Assembly: GCA_038231455.1 (NCBI GenBank)
Contig: JBBRLI010000019.1
Location: 1 to 57,001 of the forward strand
DNA length: 57,001 nt
Direction of reading: 5' to 3'
Source: Vulcanimicrobiales bacterium
Lineage (GTDB): Bacteria; Vulcanimicrobiota; Vulcanimicrobiia; Vulcanimicrobiales; Vulcanimicrobiaceae
Each line of letters opens with the position of its first letter. Position 1 is the first letter of the stretch. Of the stretch, positions 1-9,165 are shown piece after piece. Position numbers and translations under genes: made by a program. Under the pieces are notes generated by a model, which saw only the letters and a list, made by a program, of their open reading frames with translations, did not search any database and was not told where the DNA came from.

Positions 1-335
1 CAGTTTTGGTATAGTGGAATTCGCCATCGAGTCGCCTTCACGTTGGTTTAAGAGGTTGACATGAAGTTGGCTCGGTGGCTCTTCGCTATCCTCGAAGGAT
101 CAGCTCAGCCCCGAAGTACACACGCGTCTGGACTCGGCCCGAAGCGTTCAAAAAATGTTACGACGCGCCCTGAGAACGATAGGATTTTCGAGGGCTCTTT
201 TTCACTTGTTGAACCAGTTTCCGTTTGTATCTCCATAGTCCAATTAAATCACTATTTTGTTACAAGCAGGTATTCTTGGAAAATCCACTGCCCTCCCTGC
301 AGCTACCAACGCAAACCATATCTTATCCATAGACA

Positions 336-968
336 CTATCCTAAGAATCCATCCCTGAGCTCATAACGGACGGACGCAAGAGCGGACAAAGCGTCCGTTT
401 GTTGATCGGTGACGATCACGGCGGTGCCGCGTTCGGCGCACTCGGCGATGAGCCCGACCATGCTCGCGAGCGCTCGCGGATCGAGGCCTTCCGTCGGTTC
501 ATCGAGCAAGAGGACACGCGGATTGCCGACCAGAGCGCGGGCGAGAAGGACGATTTGCGTCTCGCCGCCCGAGAGCGTTCCCGCGCGTTGATCGAAACGT
601 TCCTCAAGCATGCCGAAGCGGGAGCGTAGCGTGTCGATATCCCACGGTCCTTTTCCTCGATTACGCACCGCAAGCGCAATGTTCTCACCCACGCTAAGTG
701 ATGGAAAGACGCGATGACCTTGCGGCATAAAACAGACACCGCGTTCGAATCGCTGTTCGGGTGTCAAGTTGCCGATCGACAAGTCGTCGAGCGAAAGTGC
801 ATCCGCTCGCGTTGGAACAAGGCCAGCGATCGCACGGAGTAAGGTCGACTTCCCCGCTCCATTCCGGCCCGCAATCTGGACGATGTCTCCGCCCGCAACG
901 CGCAGCTCCACCCCGTGAAGTATTTCGCGCCCGTCGTAGGCAGCACGAAGGTCACGCAGGACGAGCAC
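336..968 (-). CDS. Branched-chain/HAAT-type ABC transporter ATP-binding subunit (LivF-like)
   Basis: Walker A GRNGAGKST, signature LSGGE, Walker B LLLDEPTEG. Start placed at GTG (VLVLRDL), overlapping the upstream gene end; the track start at 1085 is too long. Confidence 0.9.
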   Translation of the reverse strand: MLVLRDLRAAYDGREILHGVELRVAGGDIVQIAGRNGAGKSTLLRAIAGLVPTRADALSLDDLSIGNLTPEQRFERGVCFMPQGHRVFPSLSVGENIALAVRNRGKGPWDIDTLRSRFGMLEERFDQRAGTLSGGETQIVLLARALVGNPRVLLLDEPTEGLDPRALASMVGLIAECAERGTAVIVTDQQTDALSALASVRYELRDGFLG

Positions 969-2577
969 GGCTGTCGCCTCCGAGAACGGTGGTCGTCGAA
1001 CACAGACGCGATGCGACCGCCGCGTCGTGCTCGATAACCAAGAGCGCGACGTCCCGCGGCAAGGCTTCGATCGCATCCAAAACATCGGCTATCTCGTGTC
1101 GCTCGAGGCCCGCCGTCGGTTCATCTAAGAGCACGAGCCGCGGATTCGTCGCGAACGCGACCGCGATCTCAACGCGCCTACGCGTCCCGTACGCGATCTC
1201 TGCGACGAGCGAATCGGCGATATCCGCGATCCCGAAACGTTGAAGCGACGCGCGCACGGCGCTCAAGACGCGCCTGTCGCCGAGGAGCGGAGTTGCAAGC
1301 AATGATTCTCCCGCTGCAGCATGCGCGACGGCGAGATTTTCCCAGACCGTGCGCTCGTCGAAGAGCGATCCGAATTGGTACGTGCGACCGATCCCCGCGC
1401 GTGCACGCTGTGCGGTTTTTTGCATCGTCACGTCGATTCCGGCAAGCCGGATCGTTCCGCGATCCACCCGCCGGTCGCCACCAATGAGCGCGAAGAGCGT
1501 CGATTTTCCAACCCCGTTTGGGCCCACGATTGCGTGGCGCTCCCCGGCAGCAATGGATAGCGAGAAGTCGTTGAAAAGCACGCGATCGCCAATTGAATAG
1601 TCGAGATGTTCGATTTCCAAGATCGAACCGACGAGAGGCGTCGTCCCTGAAGCGTTCGATGGTCCACTTGGGAGCGAGCGACTACGCGCGCGAATGATGC
1701 CAGCGGGAAGTGCGATCGCGACGATCGCCATAAGCGCACCCAAAAGCAGTTGCCAGCGACCGGTGAGATCGCCAAGGAGTGTCTCCGCTAGCACGAGGAT
1801 AAGTGCGCCCAGCGCCGGACCAAACGCGGTTCGCGAACCGCCGAGTAGTGCCGCGATCAGAACGGTCGCGCTCGTCGGCCAATCGATGTCGCTTGGTGAG
1901 ACCGACCCGCGCAACTGCGCGCTCATGACGCCGGCAAGCGCGCACAGCGCACCGGAGAGCGCAAAGGCAATGATGCGCGGCCGGACGATCGAGAGGCCAA
2001 GAGCCCGCGCGCGTCCTTCGTTTATCGCCGTTGCTGCGATTAATAATCCGTACGTCGAGCTCCACGTCAGCCATGCGACCGCTCCGCCGAGCGCAGCGAG
2101 CAGAACGATCACGGCACTCGAGCGCGGATCGGCGATCGCGAGCGGCAACGCACGGGTAATGCCGGTGATCCCCGTATCGCCTTGCGTGAGCGCGACGTTT
2201 TGCGAGGTGAGCCCCCACAGACTTTGAGCGAGCGTCAGCGTCAGTAAGAGCGTATAGACTCCGCGGACGCGGGCGGTGAAAACACCGAACACCGCGCCGA
2301 GTGCCAACCCCGACACGACGGCGAGCGGCATCACGACGTACCACGGTGCACCGTACTGCGCGCCCGCGATACCCGCGGTGTAGGCACCGAGACCGTAAAA
2401 CGCCGCATTCCCGAGTGACGAGATCCCGGCCAGACCGAAGACGATATTGAACCCCACCGCAAAGAGTCCGGCGATTGCGATGCGTTCGATCAAAAACCGG
2501 ACGTATGGCGGAACGATAGTAGCGATCGCGGCAAGAGCGATCGCGGCGATTGCATACGCAAGTGCCTTACGCGGCAC
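952..2577 (-). CDS. Fused HAAT ABC permease (LivM-like) and ATPase (LivG-like)
   Basis: N-terminal hydrophobic permease (GISSLGNAAFYGLGAY, LTQGDTG) followed by GPNGVGKST and LLDEPTAG. Start placed at GTG (VPRKAL). Confidence 0.88.
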   Translation of the reverse strand: MPRKALAYAIAAIALAAIATIVPPYVRFLIERIAIAGLFAVGFNIVFGLAGISSLGNAAFYGLGAYTAGIAGAQYGAPWYVVMPLAVVSGLALGAVFGVFTARVRGVYTLLLTLTLAQSLWGLTSQNVALTQGDTGITGITRALPLAIADPRSSAVIVLLAALGGAVAWLTWSSTYGLLIAATAINEGRARALGLSIVRPRIIAFALSGALCALAGVMSAQLRGSVSPSDIDWPTSATVLIAALLGGSRTAFGPALGALILVLAETLLGDLTGRWQLLLGALMAIVAIALPAGIIRARSRSLPSGPSNASGTTPLVGSILEIEHLDYSIGDRVLFNDFSLSIAAGERHAIVGPNGVGKSTLFALIGGDRRVDRGTIRLAGIDVTMQKTAQRARAGIGRTYQFGSLFDERTVWENLAVAHAAAGESLLATPLLGDRRVLSAVRASLQRFGIADIADSLVAEIAYGTRRRVEIAVAFATNPRLVLLDEPTAGLERHEIADVLDAIEALPRDVALLVIEHDAAVASRLCSTTTVLGGDSRARPA

Positions 2578-3376
2578 CGAGCAGTCCTCGCGGCCGAAAT
2601 GCAAGGATGACCGCAACGGGTAGGTACGTCGCAAAAAGCGCGTAGGCGGGGAAGTAGACCGTCCCAAATTGCACGACCGCGCCAATCGCGATGGCTGCAA
2701 CGAACGCGCCACGGATCGATCCGAGTCCACCGGCGACGACGACCGCGAGCGCAAGGATGAGCATACTAAAACCGCTCTGCGGTTCGAGACCCGTAAACAC
2801 GCTCCCGATGACGCCCGCAAATGCGGCCAAGGCCGCACCGGCGGTGAAGACGAGCGTAAAGAGGCGCGGCACCGCAATGCCGATCGAGCGAGCCATCTCG
2901 CGGTCGTCGATCGCCGCGCGAATCTGCAAACCGATCGGCGTCCGGGTGAAGAGTGTCTCGAGTCCAAGAAACACGACGATGCCGCAAACAACTAGCGCCA
3001 GCCGAAAAGCGGGATATGACGCGCCGCCGAGCGTGACGACACCCTCAAGATGCGGCGGTCGCATCGGCGAGATCGGTGCACCGCCGGCTAACGCGACGAT
3101 CGCATCACCGACGATATATGCAACACCGACCGTCAGCAATATTTGGGGCAGTTCCCGTTGGGCGACACGCCGCAAGAGGAGCCACTCCAAAAGAGCTGCG
3201 AAGCCCGCGACGGTCACGACCGCGATGACGAGCGCGCCATACCACGGAACGACGAGGTGCACGAGCGCATACGCGATGTACCCTCCCGCGACGTAAAAGG
3301 CCCCGTGCGCGAGATTGACCACGCGCAGGAGGCCGAACGTCACCGTGAGTCCGCAGCCGACGAGGAAAAGCAGCAT
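2567..3376 (-). CDS. HAAT ABC permease (LivH-like)
   Basis: GLTVTFGLLRVVNLAHGAFY and VVVAGGLGSIRGA motifs. Family-like sequence extends upstream to an ATA at 3412. Confidence 0.9.
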   Translation of the reverse strand: MLLFLVGCGLTVTFGLLRVVNLAHGAFYVAGGYIAYALVHLVVPWYGALVIAVVTVAGFAALLEWLLLRRVAQRELPQILLTVGVAYIVGDAIVALAGGAPISPMRPPHLEGVVTLGGASYPAFRLALVVCGIVVFLGLETLFTRTPIGLQIRAAIDDREMARSIGIAVPRLFTLVFTAGAALAAFAGVIGSVFTGLEPQSGFSMLILALAVVVAGGLGSIRGAFVAAIAIGAVVQFGTVYFPAYALFATYLPVAVILAFRPRGLLGAA

Positions 3377-3408
3377 TCCATACGCCAGTGCGTTGAGGGA
3401 GATGACGA

Positions 3409-4632
3409 CTATGGCTTAGCCCATGTTCCCTTGCGCTTCGCATATGGGTCGCCTGCAAGATACGCGCGGGGATCGTAGCGTCCGAACTGAGTCACGTCGA
3501 GATACGTTGTGAGTAGCGCGTTCTCGTATCCGGTCTTTGTCTTTTGCACGCGCCGGACGTAGACGTTGTAGATCGCTTGGCCGCGCGAATCGAAACGGAG
3601 CGGCCCACGTGGTGCATCGACGCGCGCGCTACGCAACGCCGCTTCGAACGCGTCGGGGTTAACCGTACCTGCAGGCAGTTTCGCAAGCGCCGCTTCGATC
3701 ACTTGTGCCGCAGCATAGCCGTCCTCGACATACTGCGAGACGAGTTTATGCGTTGCTGCTTCGTAATCGCGCTTGAACCGCATGTTGACGGAGTTGGGCA
3801 ACACGGCGGAATAGTGCAACGTTGTCACGATGCCCTCAGCGTTCTTCCCTTCGGCGCCCAGAATCTGCTCGTCGGTGAGCGCGCCGTGCCCGACGATCGG
3901 CGCGGTTATACCGAAATCGTGATACGCCGAGAGGAACCGAATCGAATCGGCACCCGCAATCGCCGCGTAGACGACCGATGCACTCTTGTCGATACGCGAG
4001 ACGAACGGCGCCCAGTCTTGCGTCCCGAGTGGCGCGTAAATTTCTTGCACGACGCGACAGCCGCTATCGGTATACGTGCGAGCGAAACCACCAACAGCTT
4101 CCCAACCAAAGGCGTAGTCGAGCCCCACGACAACCGCCGTTTTCTTCTTAAGGCGGTTGCACGCATAGTCGCCCATCGGCATCGCGTCTTGCGAACTCGT
4201 ATAGCTGATGCGAAAGGTTGATGGGTTGGCTTTGCCCTGCGTGAGACCGTCGGCCCCGGCAACGGTGAGAATCAGCGGCGTCTTCTGCCGGTCAACGTAA
4301 TCGCTAATTCCGTAGGCAACAGCCGAGTTAACGATGCCGACAATCGCGTTGACGTGATCTTGTTCGATAAACTCGTGCGCTTTGGCGAGCGCCGCGTCGG
4401 TCGAATTCGCCTCATCGCCAACTTTCGTTGCGATGCGAAATCCCGCGAGCATTCCGCTATGACGATCGAGATAAAACTGAAATCCGGCGTTAACATCGCT
4501 TCCAAGCGCGGCGAACGGTCCCGTCGATGGATTGAGAAGGCCGACAGTAAACGTGCCGCGCGTCGGCGCGGTGGCTAGGGCGGGCGCGGTGATGCAAAGT
4601 AGAGCAATGAGGGCAGATAAACGACGAATCAT
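3409..4632 (-). CDS. HAAT ABC substrate-binding protein (LivK/PBP1 type)
   Basis: Signal peptide, VGLLNPSTGPFAALG, DYAFGWE, DAPRGPLRFD; first gene of the ABC operon. Confidence 0.9.
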   Translation of the reverse strand: MIRRLSALIALLCITAPALATAPTRGTFTVGLLNPSTGPFAALGSDVNAGFQFYLDRHSGMLAGFRIATKVGDEANSTDAALAKAHEFIEQDHVNAIVGIVNSAVAYGISDYVDRQKTPLILTVAGADGLTQGKANPSTFRISYTSSQDAMPMGDYACNRLKKKTAVVVGLDYAFGWEAVGGFARTYTDSGCRVVQEIYAPLGTQDWAPFVSRIDKSASVVYAAIAGADSIRFLSAYHDFGITAPIVGHGALTDEQILGAEGKNAEGIVTTLHYSAVLPNSVNMRFKRDYEAATHKLVSQYVEDGYAAAQVIEAALAKLPAGTVNPDAFEAALRSARVDAPRGPLRFDSRGQAIYNVYVRRVQKTKTGYENALLTTYLDVTQFGRYDPRAYLAGDPYAKRKGTWAKP

Positions 4633-4680
4633 CAGATATCAATTCGCCGTTGCGTTTCTGAACCTGCTCGAATTCGTCTT

Positions 4681-4704
4681 ATAATACTTGAAACGTTCGT
4701 TTCA
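4681..4704. repeat. 24-bp direct repeat copy 1 containing palindromic operator TGAAACGTTCGTTTCA
   Basis: ATAATACTTGAAACGTTCGTTTCA; 23/24 identical to 8533-8556; contains the TGA stop of the TetR at 4702. Confidence 0.85.
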
Positions 4705-5313
4705 TCTTCCAAACGAACCAAGATACATTGTCAAGACGGACTTGAGTTCTCGAATCACCGCGGGTCGCGTCCGCTTTGGTGAACCAGCTAGAAGGCGCAC
4801 TCCGCTGCGGACGATTTCCATCGTCAGACGCACGACGACCAGCCGCTCGGACGTCGCGAGTTTCGGTGCGCGCTCGCTCATGATCGCATCAAGCCGTTGC
4901 ATGATTTCGTTATCAATCGACGGGTTGAGTTTGATGACGCGCCCCATCAGTTCCGGCAATTCGGGGTGCCGCTCGGCGAAGGCGGCTAACGTGTCCGTGA
5001 GCCCGCCAACGAACAGTTCGATCGGCAAGCCTGCGCGAGATGGCTTAAACACCAAGCCTGGCAGTTCGCGCAGGCTATTCGCAACACGCTCGACGAGTGC
5101 ATCGACGAGTTGTTCTTTGTTCGAAAAGAAGTGATACAGCGACCCAATCCCGGAGCCCGAGCGCTCGGCAACGTCGGTCAGCGTGAGCGCGTCGTATCCG
5201 ACTTCCGCCAATAACTCCGCTGCAGCCTCAAGTAAGGCCCCGACTCGCCGTTCGCTGCGAGCCTGGACAGGAGTGCGCCGCTGAGGGCTCGAGCGTGAGT
5301 TCGAATCAGGCAT
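4702..5313 (-). CDS. TetR/AcrR family transcriptional regulator
   Basis: PVQARS... GYDALTLTDVAERSGSGIGSLYHFFSNKEQL HTH; divergent from the MFS gene. Confidence 0.92.
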   Translation of the reverse strand: MPDSNSRSSPQRRTPVQARSERRVGALLEAAAELLAEVGYDALTLTDVAERSGSGIGSLYHFFSNKEQLVDALVERVANSLRELPGLVFKPSRAGLPIELFVGGLTDTLAAFAERHPELPELMGRVIKLNPSIDNEIMQRLDAIMSERAPKLATSERLVVVRLTMEIVRSGVRLLAGSPKRTRPAVIRELKSVLTMYLGSFGR

Positions 5314-5375
5314 TGACAAACTTTAGGATACCCTCTATTCTTACGGCAGTCAAATTTGAGGGACTCCTAAAATTT
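5313..5375. promoter_or_regulatory. Divergent sigma70-type promoters with two inverted TetR operator copies
   Basis: + strand TTGACA(5313)-17-TATTCT(5336); - strand TTGACT(5353)-17-TATCCT(5330). AAACTTTAGGATACCCTC (5318-5335) recurs inverted in AAATTTGAGGGACTCCTAAAATTT (5352-5375). Confidence 0.7.
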
Positions 5376-5397
5376 ATCCTTGGAGATTGCCGACGCA

Positions 5398-6942
5398 ATG
5401 AGTAGCCTAGTCGCAGAGGCCACATCTGAGACCTCCCGTATCGAGCACGGCTGGCGACTCGCTATTATTGCGATCGGCGTGATCCTTGCAACGCTTCTCG
5501 AGATGATCGACACCACGATCGTCAATGTCGCCTTACCGAACATCCAAGGCAACCTCGGCGCGACGATCGATGAAGGCACGTACATCATCACCGGGTACAT
5601 CATCGCGAACGTCATCATCGTTCCGCTTACGCCGTGGCTTCAGGCGCGGTTCGGTCTCAAGCGCTACTATCTCGCCTCGATTCTTCTCTTTACGTTTGCC
5701 TCCGTGATGTGCGGGGTATCGGGCTCGTTCGTCGAGCTCGTGATCTGGCGAATCGTGCAAGGTGTCGGCGGCGGCGGTTTGATATCAAGCTCACAAACGA
5801 TTCTCCATGATATTTTTCCGGCGGATAAGCAAGGCGCAGCGCAAGGCATTTTTGCCGGCGGCGTCATTATCGGTCCAACGCTCGGACCGTTGATCGGCGG
5901 CTATATCACCGATAATCTCGACTGGCGCTGGTGCTTTTTTGTCAACGTGCCGATCGCCATCGTTGCTGCGACGACTCTTCTTCTCGTAATGCGTCAAGTC
6001 GAGAAACCTCGCAACATGACGATCGACGGCATTGGGGTCGCGCTCCTCGCGACGGGGCTTGGATCCATGCAGTTCGTACTCGATCAAGGAAATCGTAAGG
6101 ACTGGTTTAGCGACGCCGCTATCTGCGAGTTCTCCGGGCTTGCTGTGCTCGGTCTTCTTGCGTTCGTGTTTTGGGAATTGCGGGCGCAAACGCCGATCAT
6201 CGATTTACGCGTGCTGCGCTATCCCGGTGTCTGGGCGGGTAGCCTACTCGGTGGAACGCTCGGACTCGCACTTTTCGGAAGCCTCGTTGTCCTACCGCAG
6301 TATGCGCAGAGCCAGCTCGGCTTCACAGCGTTCCTGTCCGGACAACTTCTCTCGGTCCGGGCCGTTGCAATGGCACTCTTCCTACCGTTCGGTGCGCGGC
6401 TTGCGACGGGCGGCCGAGTTGACCCGCGCGTGCAAATTGGTATCGGCATGGTCTTGCTCGGATTATCGAGTTTGATGCTCGCATCGGTGACGACAGCAGA
6501 TACGCCTTTTGCAGCGATGATACCATCGCTCATCGTCGCCGGTTTGGGACTTTCCCAGGTGTTCGTTCCGCTGCAGCTCTCCGTCTTCGCCGGACTGAAG
6601 CAGTCCGATGTCCCCAAAGCCGCGTCGTTCTTTAATCTAGCGCGCCAGCTTGGCGGGAGCATCGCGACCGCTTTGCTTGTAACGTTGCTCAGCCGAACGA
6701 CAGCGCAGCATCAGCACGCACTTGCGGGAACCTTAACGCTTGCCTCTTCTTCCATCAACAATTTTCTTCAGCACCACGGCGGTGCTACACCGACGAACTT
6801 GCAGCAGCTAAATCAGATCGTTGCATCGCAAGCATCGGCTCTCAGTTATGCCGACGTCGCGCGGATCTCCGGATACACCACGCTCGTCCTGGCGCCGTTC
6901 GCCCTCGTACTTCGCCGCTCGTCCACACACGCTGACACCTAG
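5398..6942 (+). CDS. DHA2 (EmrB/QacA) family MFS efflux transporter
   Basis: IDTTIVNVALP, WRWCFFVNVPI, VLDQGNRKDWF, LARQLGGSI; about 14 hydrophobic segments; GGAG upstream. Confidence 0.93.
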   Translation: MSSLVAEATSETSRIEHGWRLAIIAIGVILATLLEMIDTTIVNVALPNIQGNLGATIDEGTYIITGYIIANVIIVPLTPWLQARFGLKRYYLASILLFTFASVMCGVSGSFVELVIWRIVQGVGGGGLISSSQTILHDIFPADKQGAAQGIFAGGVIIGPTLGPLIGGYITDNLDWRWCFFVNVPIAIVAATTLLLVMRQVEKPRNMTIDGIGVALLATGLGSMQFVLDQGNRKDWFSDAAICEFSGLAVLGLLAFVFWELRAQTPIIDLRVLRYPGVWAGSLLGGTLGLALFGSLVVLPQYAQSQLGFTAFLSGQLLSVRAVAMALFLPFGARLATGGRVDPRVQIGIGMVLLGLSSLMLASVTTADTPFAAMIPSLIVAGLGLSQVFVPLQLSVFAGLKQSDVPKAASFFNLARQLGGSIATALLVTLLSRTTAQHQHALAGTLTLASSSINNFLQHHGGATPTNLQQLNQIVASQASALSYADVARISGYTTLVLAPFALVLRRSSTHADT

Positions 6943-6956
6943 AGGATCGGACACGA

Positions 6957-8536
6957 ATGCACAACCTGAAAAGTACGCCCATCCTTATCGTCGGCGCAGG
7001 TCCAACCGGGTTGGTCCTTGCCTTAAGTCTCGCGCGCCGAGGCGTGGCGTTCCGAATTATCGACGAACACGACGGACCTGGCACGGAGTCGCGTGCAATG
7101 GGCGTTCAAGCCCGCACGCTGGAATTCTATGCGCAGTTTGGATTTGCGGATGAAGTCGTCTCCCAAGGAATTCCCGCCGACAAGGTCCACTTGCGGCATC
7201 ACGGGCATGACAATAAAGATCACGAATCCGCTATTTTTCGTCTCAAAAATATGGGCGAAGGCCTCACTCCGTTTCCTTTTATGCTCACCTATCCGCAAGA
7301 CGTACACGAACGTTTTCTTGAGAGCAAGCTTGCGGATCTAGGCATCGCCATTGAGCGCAACACAACATTATCCGCTCTGTCCCAAGACGCGAACGGCGTC
7401 CGGGCGACGGTGCAGAATGGTGGGGAATCGGAGACGATTCTCTCAGATACGTCGTGGGCTGCGACGGCGCGAGGAGCCGTGTCCGCGAAGAACTTCAGCT
7501 CGGATTCTCCGGCGGCACCTACAAGCAGCTCTTCTACGTAGCCGACGTGAAGATCGACCGCGGCTTTGACAAGGACATCTACCTCAACCTCGGTGCCAAC
7601 AGCTTTGTCATCATGATGCCCGTTCGCGCAAGCGGAATGCAGCGACTTATCGGTTTGGTTCCTATCGACCTCGACGGCCGCAAGGACGTTACATTCGAGG
7701 ACTTCCGCGGCGGCGTCGAGGGATTGATGGAACTCCGTGTGACCGAAGTGAATTGGTTCTCGACGTACCGGGTTCACCATCGCGTCGCCGACCATTTTCG
7801 GGTCGGGCGCGCCTTCATCGCGGGCGACGCGGGCCATCTTCATAGCCCGGCGGGAGGCCAAGGTATGAACACCGGTATCGCCGATGCCATCAATCTCGGT
7901 TGGAAGATTGCCGATGTCGTGCGTGGTCGCGCGAATCCCGTAATTCTGAACAGCTACGAGTCCGAGCGGATACCATTTGCACGGCGGCTTGTCGCGACCA
8001 CCGACCGCGCTTTCGGCGCAATGGTCACGGGCGGACTGTATGGCGACATTTTCCGGAACTGGGTAGCGCCGAACTTCATCGGGGCGGCCATGCAGTTTGA
8101 AGCAACGCGCCATGCCGCGTTCCGCGCGCTTTCACAAATCGCCATTAGCTATCCGGAGAGTATGCTGAGCATCGGCGAGGCGGGACTTCGCGCCGGCGAT
8201 CGATTGCCTTGGGTTTGCGATGGCGAGCGCGACAACTTCGAGCTACTCACCTCGCTTGATTGGCAAGTGCACGTCTATGGCGAGCCCGAGAGCGGACTCG
8301 GTCAGACGTGCCAAGGACTTGGCGTAGCACTCCATATTTTGCCCTGGAGCAATACGGCTCAGCATGCGGGCGTGCAGCGGAACGCGACTTATCTGATCCG
8401 ACCGGATGGCTACGTCGCGCTCGCCTCGCATACGAAGACGCCTGCAAAGTTGCAGGCCTATGCAGCGCGATTTTTTCTCACGATGGCCGAGCCGACCGAC
8501 CAGCCCACAAGAGCTAGTGGGCGCGCTACGAAATAA
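6957..8536 (+). pseudogene. FAD-dependent monooxygenase (PheA/TfdB-like) interrupted by a one-base frameshift near 7440-7450
   Basis: GAGPTG dinucleotide fold in the 6957 frame. YVVGCDGARS and GDAGHLHSPAGGQGMNTGI continue in the 7454-8536 frame. Real lesion or sequencing error cannot be distinguished. Confidence 0.82.
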
Positions 8537-8557
8537 TACTTGAAACGATCGTTTCAA
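8533..8557. repeat. 24-bp direct repeat copy 2 containing perfect 18-bp palindrome TTGAAACGATCGTTTCAA (candidate TetR operator over a -35)
   Basis: Perfect palindrome at 8540-8557; TTGAAA-17-TACGAT(8563) promoter just before ATG 8578; contains the monooxygenase TAA stop. Confidence 0.85.
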
Positions 8558-8577
8558 CCTGATACGATCGGCGAGCG

Positions 8578-9165
8578 ATGCCGCGCGCTATCGATGGACA
8601 AATCCGCGAGGACCTACTCGAAGCGATCGTCCATGCCGTCGACAATCTTGGGCTGGCGGATTTTTCGCTGCGCCCGCTCGCGGAAGCGATCGGGTCGAGC
8701 CCTCGCACCATTCTCTATCATTTTGGTTCAAAGGAGCAATTGATAGCCGAGATCATCGCGTTCGGTCGCAAGCGGCTGGAGACGCTGTTCTTCGATTGGG
8801 CCCGTGCGAGCGACGGCTACGACCTCCGTGACGCGCTGCGCCGCGTGTGGAGCTGGCTAACAGCCTCGCGACGCCGGGCCTTCATCAAGCTATTTTTCGA
8901 ATTCACGACGGTCGGCATGCGCGACCCGCGTGGACACGGACGAGCCGTCGGCCAGCTTTACGCCGGGTGGCGCGAGCTCTTCGAGCTAGAATTCACGCGC
9001 CGCGGCTTGAGTCGCGAACGCGCAACACTCCTGGCTTCGCTCGTGCTCGCAACGATTCACGGGTTATTACTGGATTTGATCACGACCGGCGACCGCGCAC
9101 GTGTCGATCGCGCGTTCGCCTCGTTTATCGCCGCTATCGAGCTGCCGGTTACGAAAACGCGTTAA
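8578..9165 (+). CDS. TetR/AcrR family transcriptional regulator
   Basis: FSLRPLAEAIGSSPRTILYHFGSKEQL HTH; probably near-leaderless. Confidence 0.92.
   Translation: MPRAIDGQIREDLLEAIVHAVDNLGLADFSLRPLAEAIGSSPRTILYHFGSKEQLIAEIIAFGRKRLETLFFDWARASDGYDLRDALRRVWSWLTASRRRAFIKLFFEFTTVGMRDPRGHGRAVGQLYAGWRELFELEFTRRGLSRERATLLASLVLATIHGLLLDLITTGDRARVDRAFASFIAAIELPVTKTR

Noticed and set aside
61-366. 101-aa + strand ORF
   Set aside because: No recognisable motifs, atypical composition, and it overlaps the ATPase end; probably spurious.
4681-4704. The 24-bp repeat as a dif/Xer or integron attC site
   Set aside because: It lacks the dif arm consensus and the attC RYYYAAC/GTTRRRY boxes; no recombinase gene in the window.
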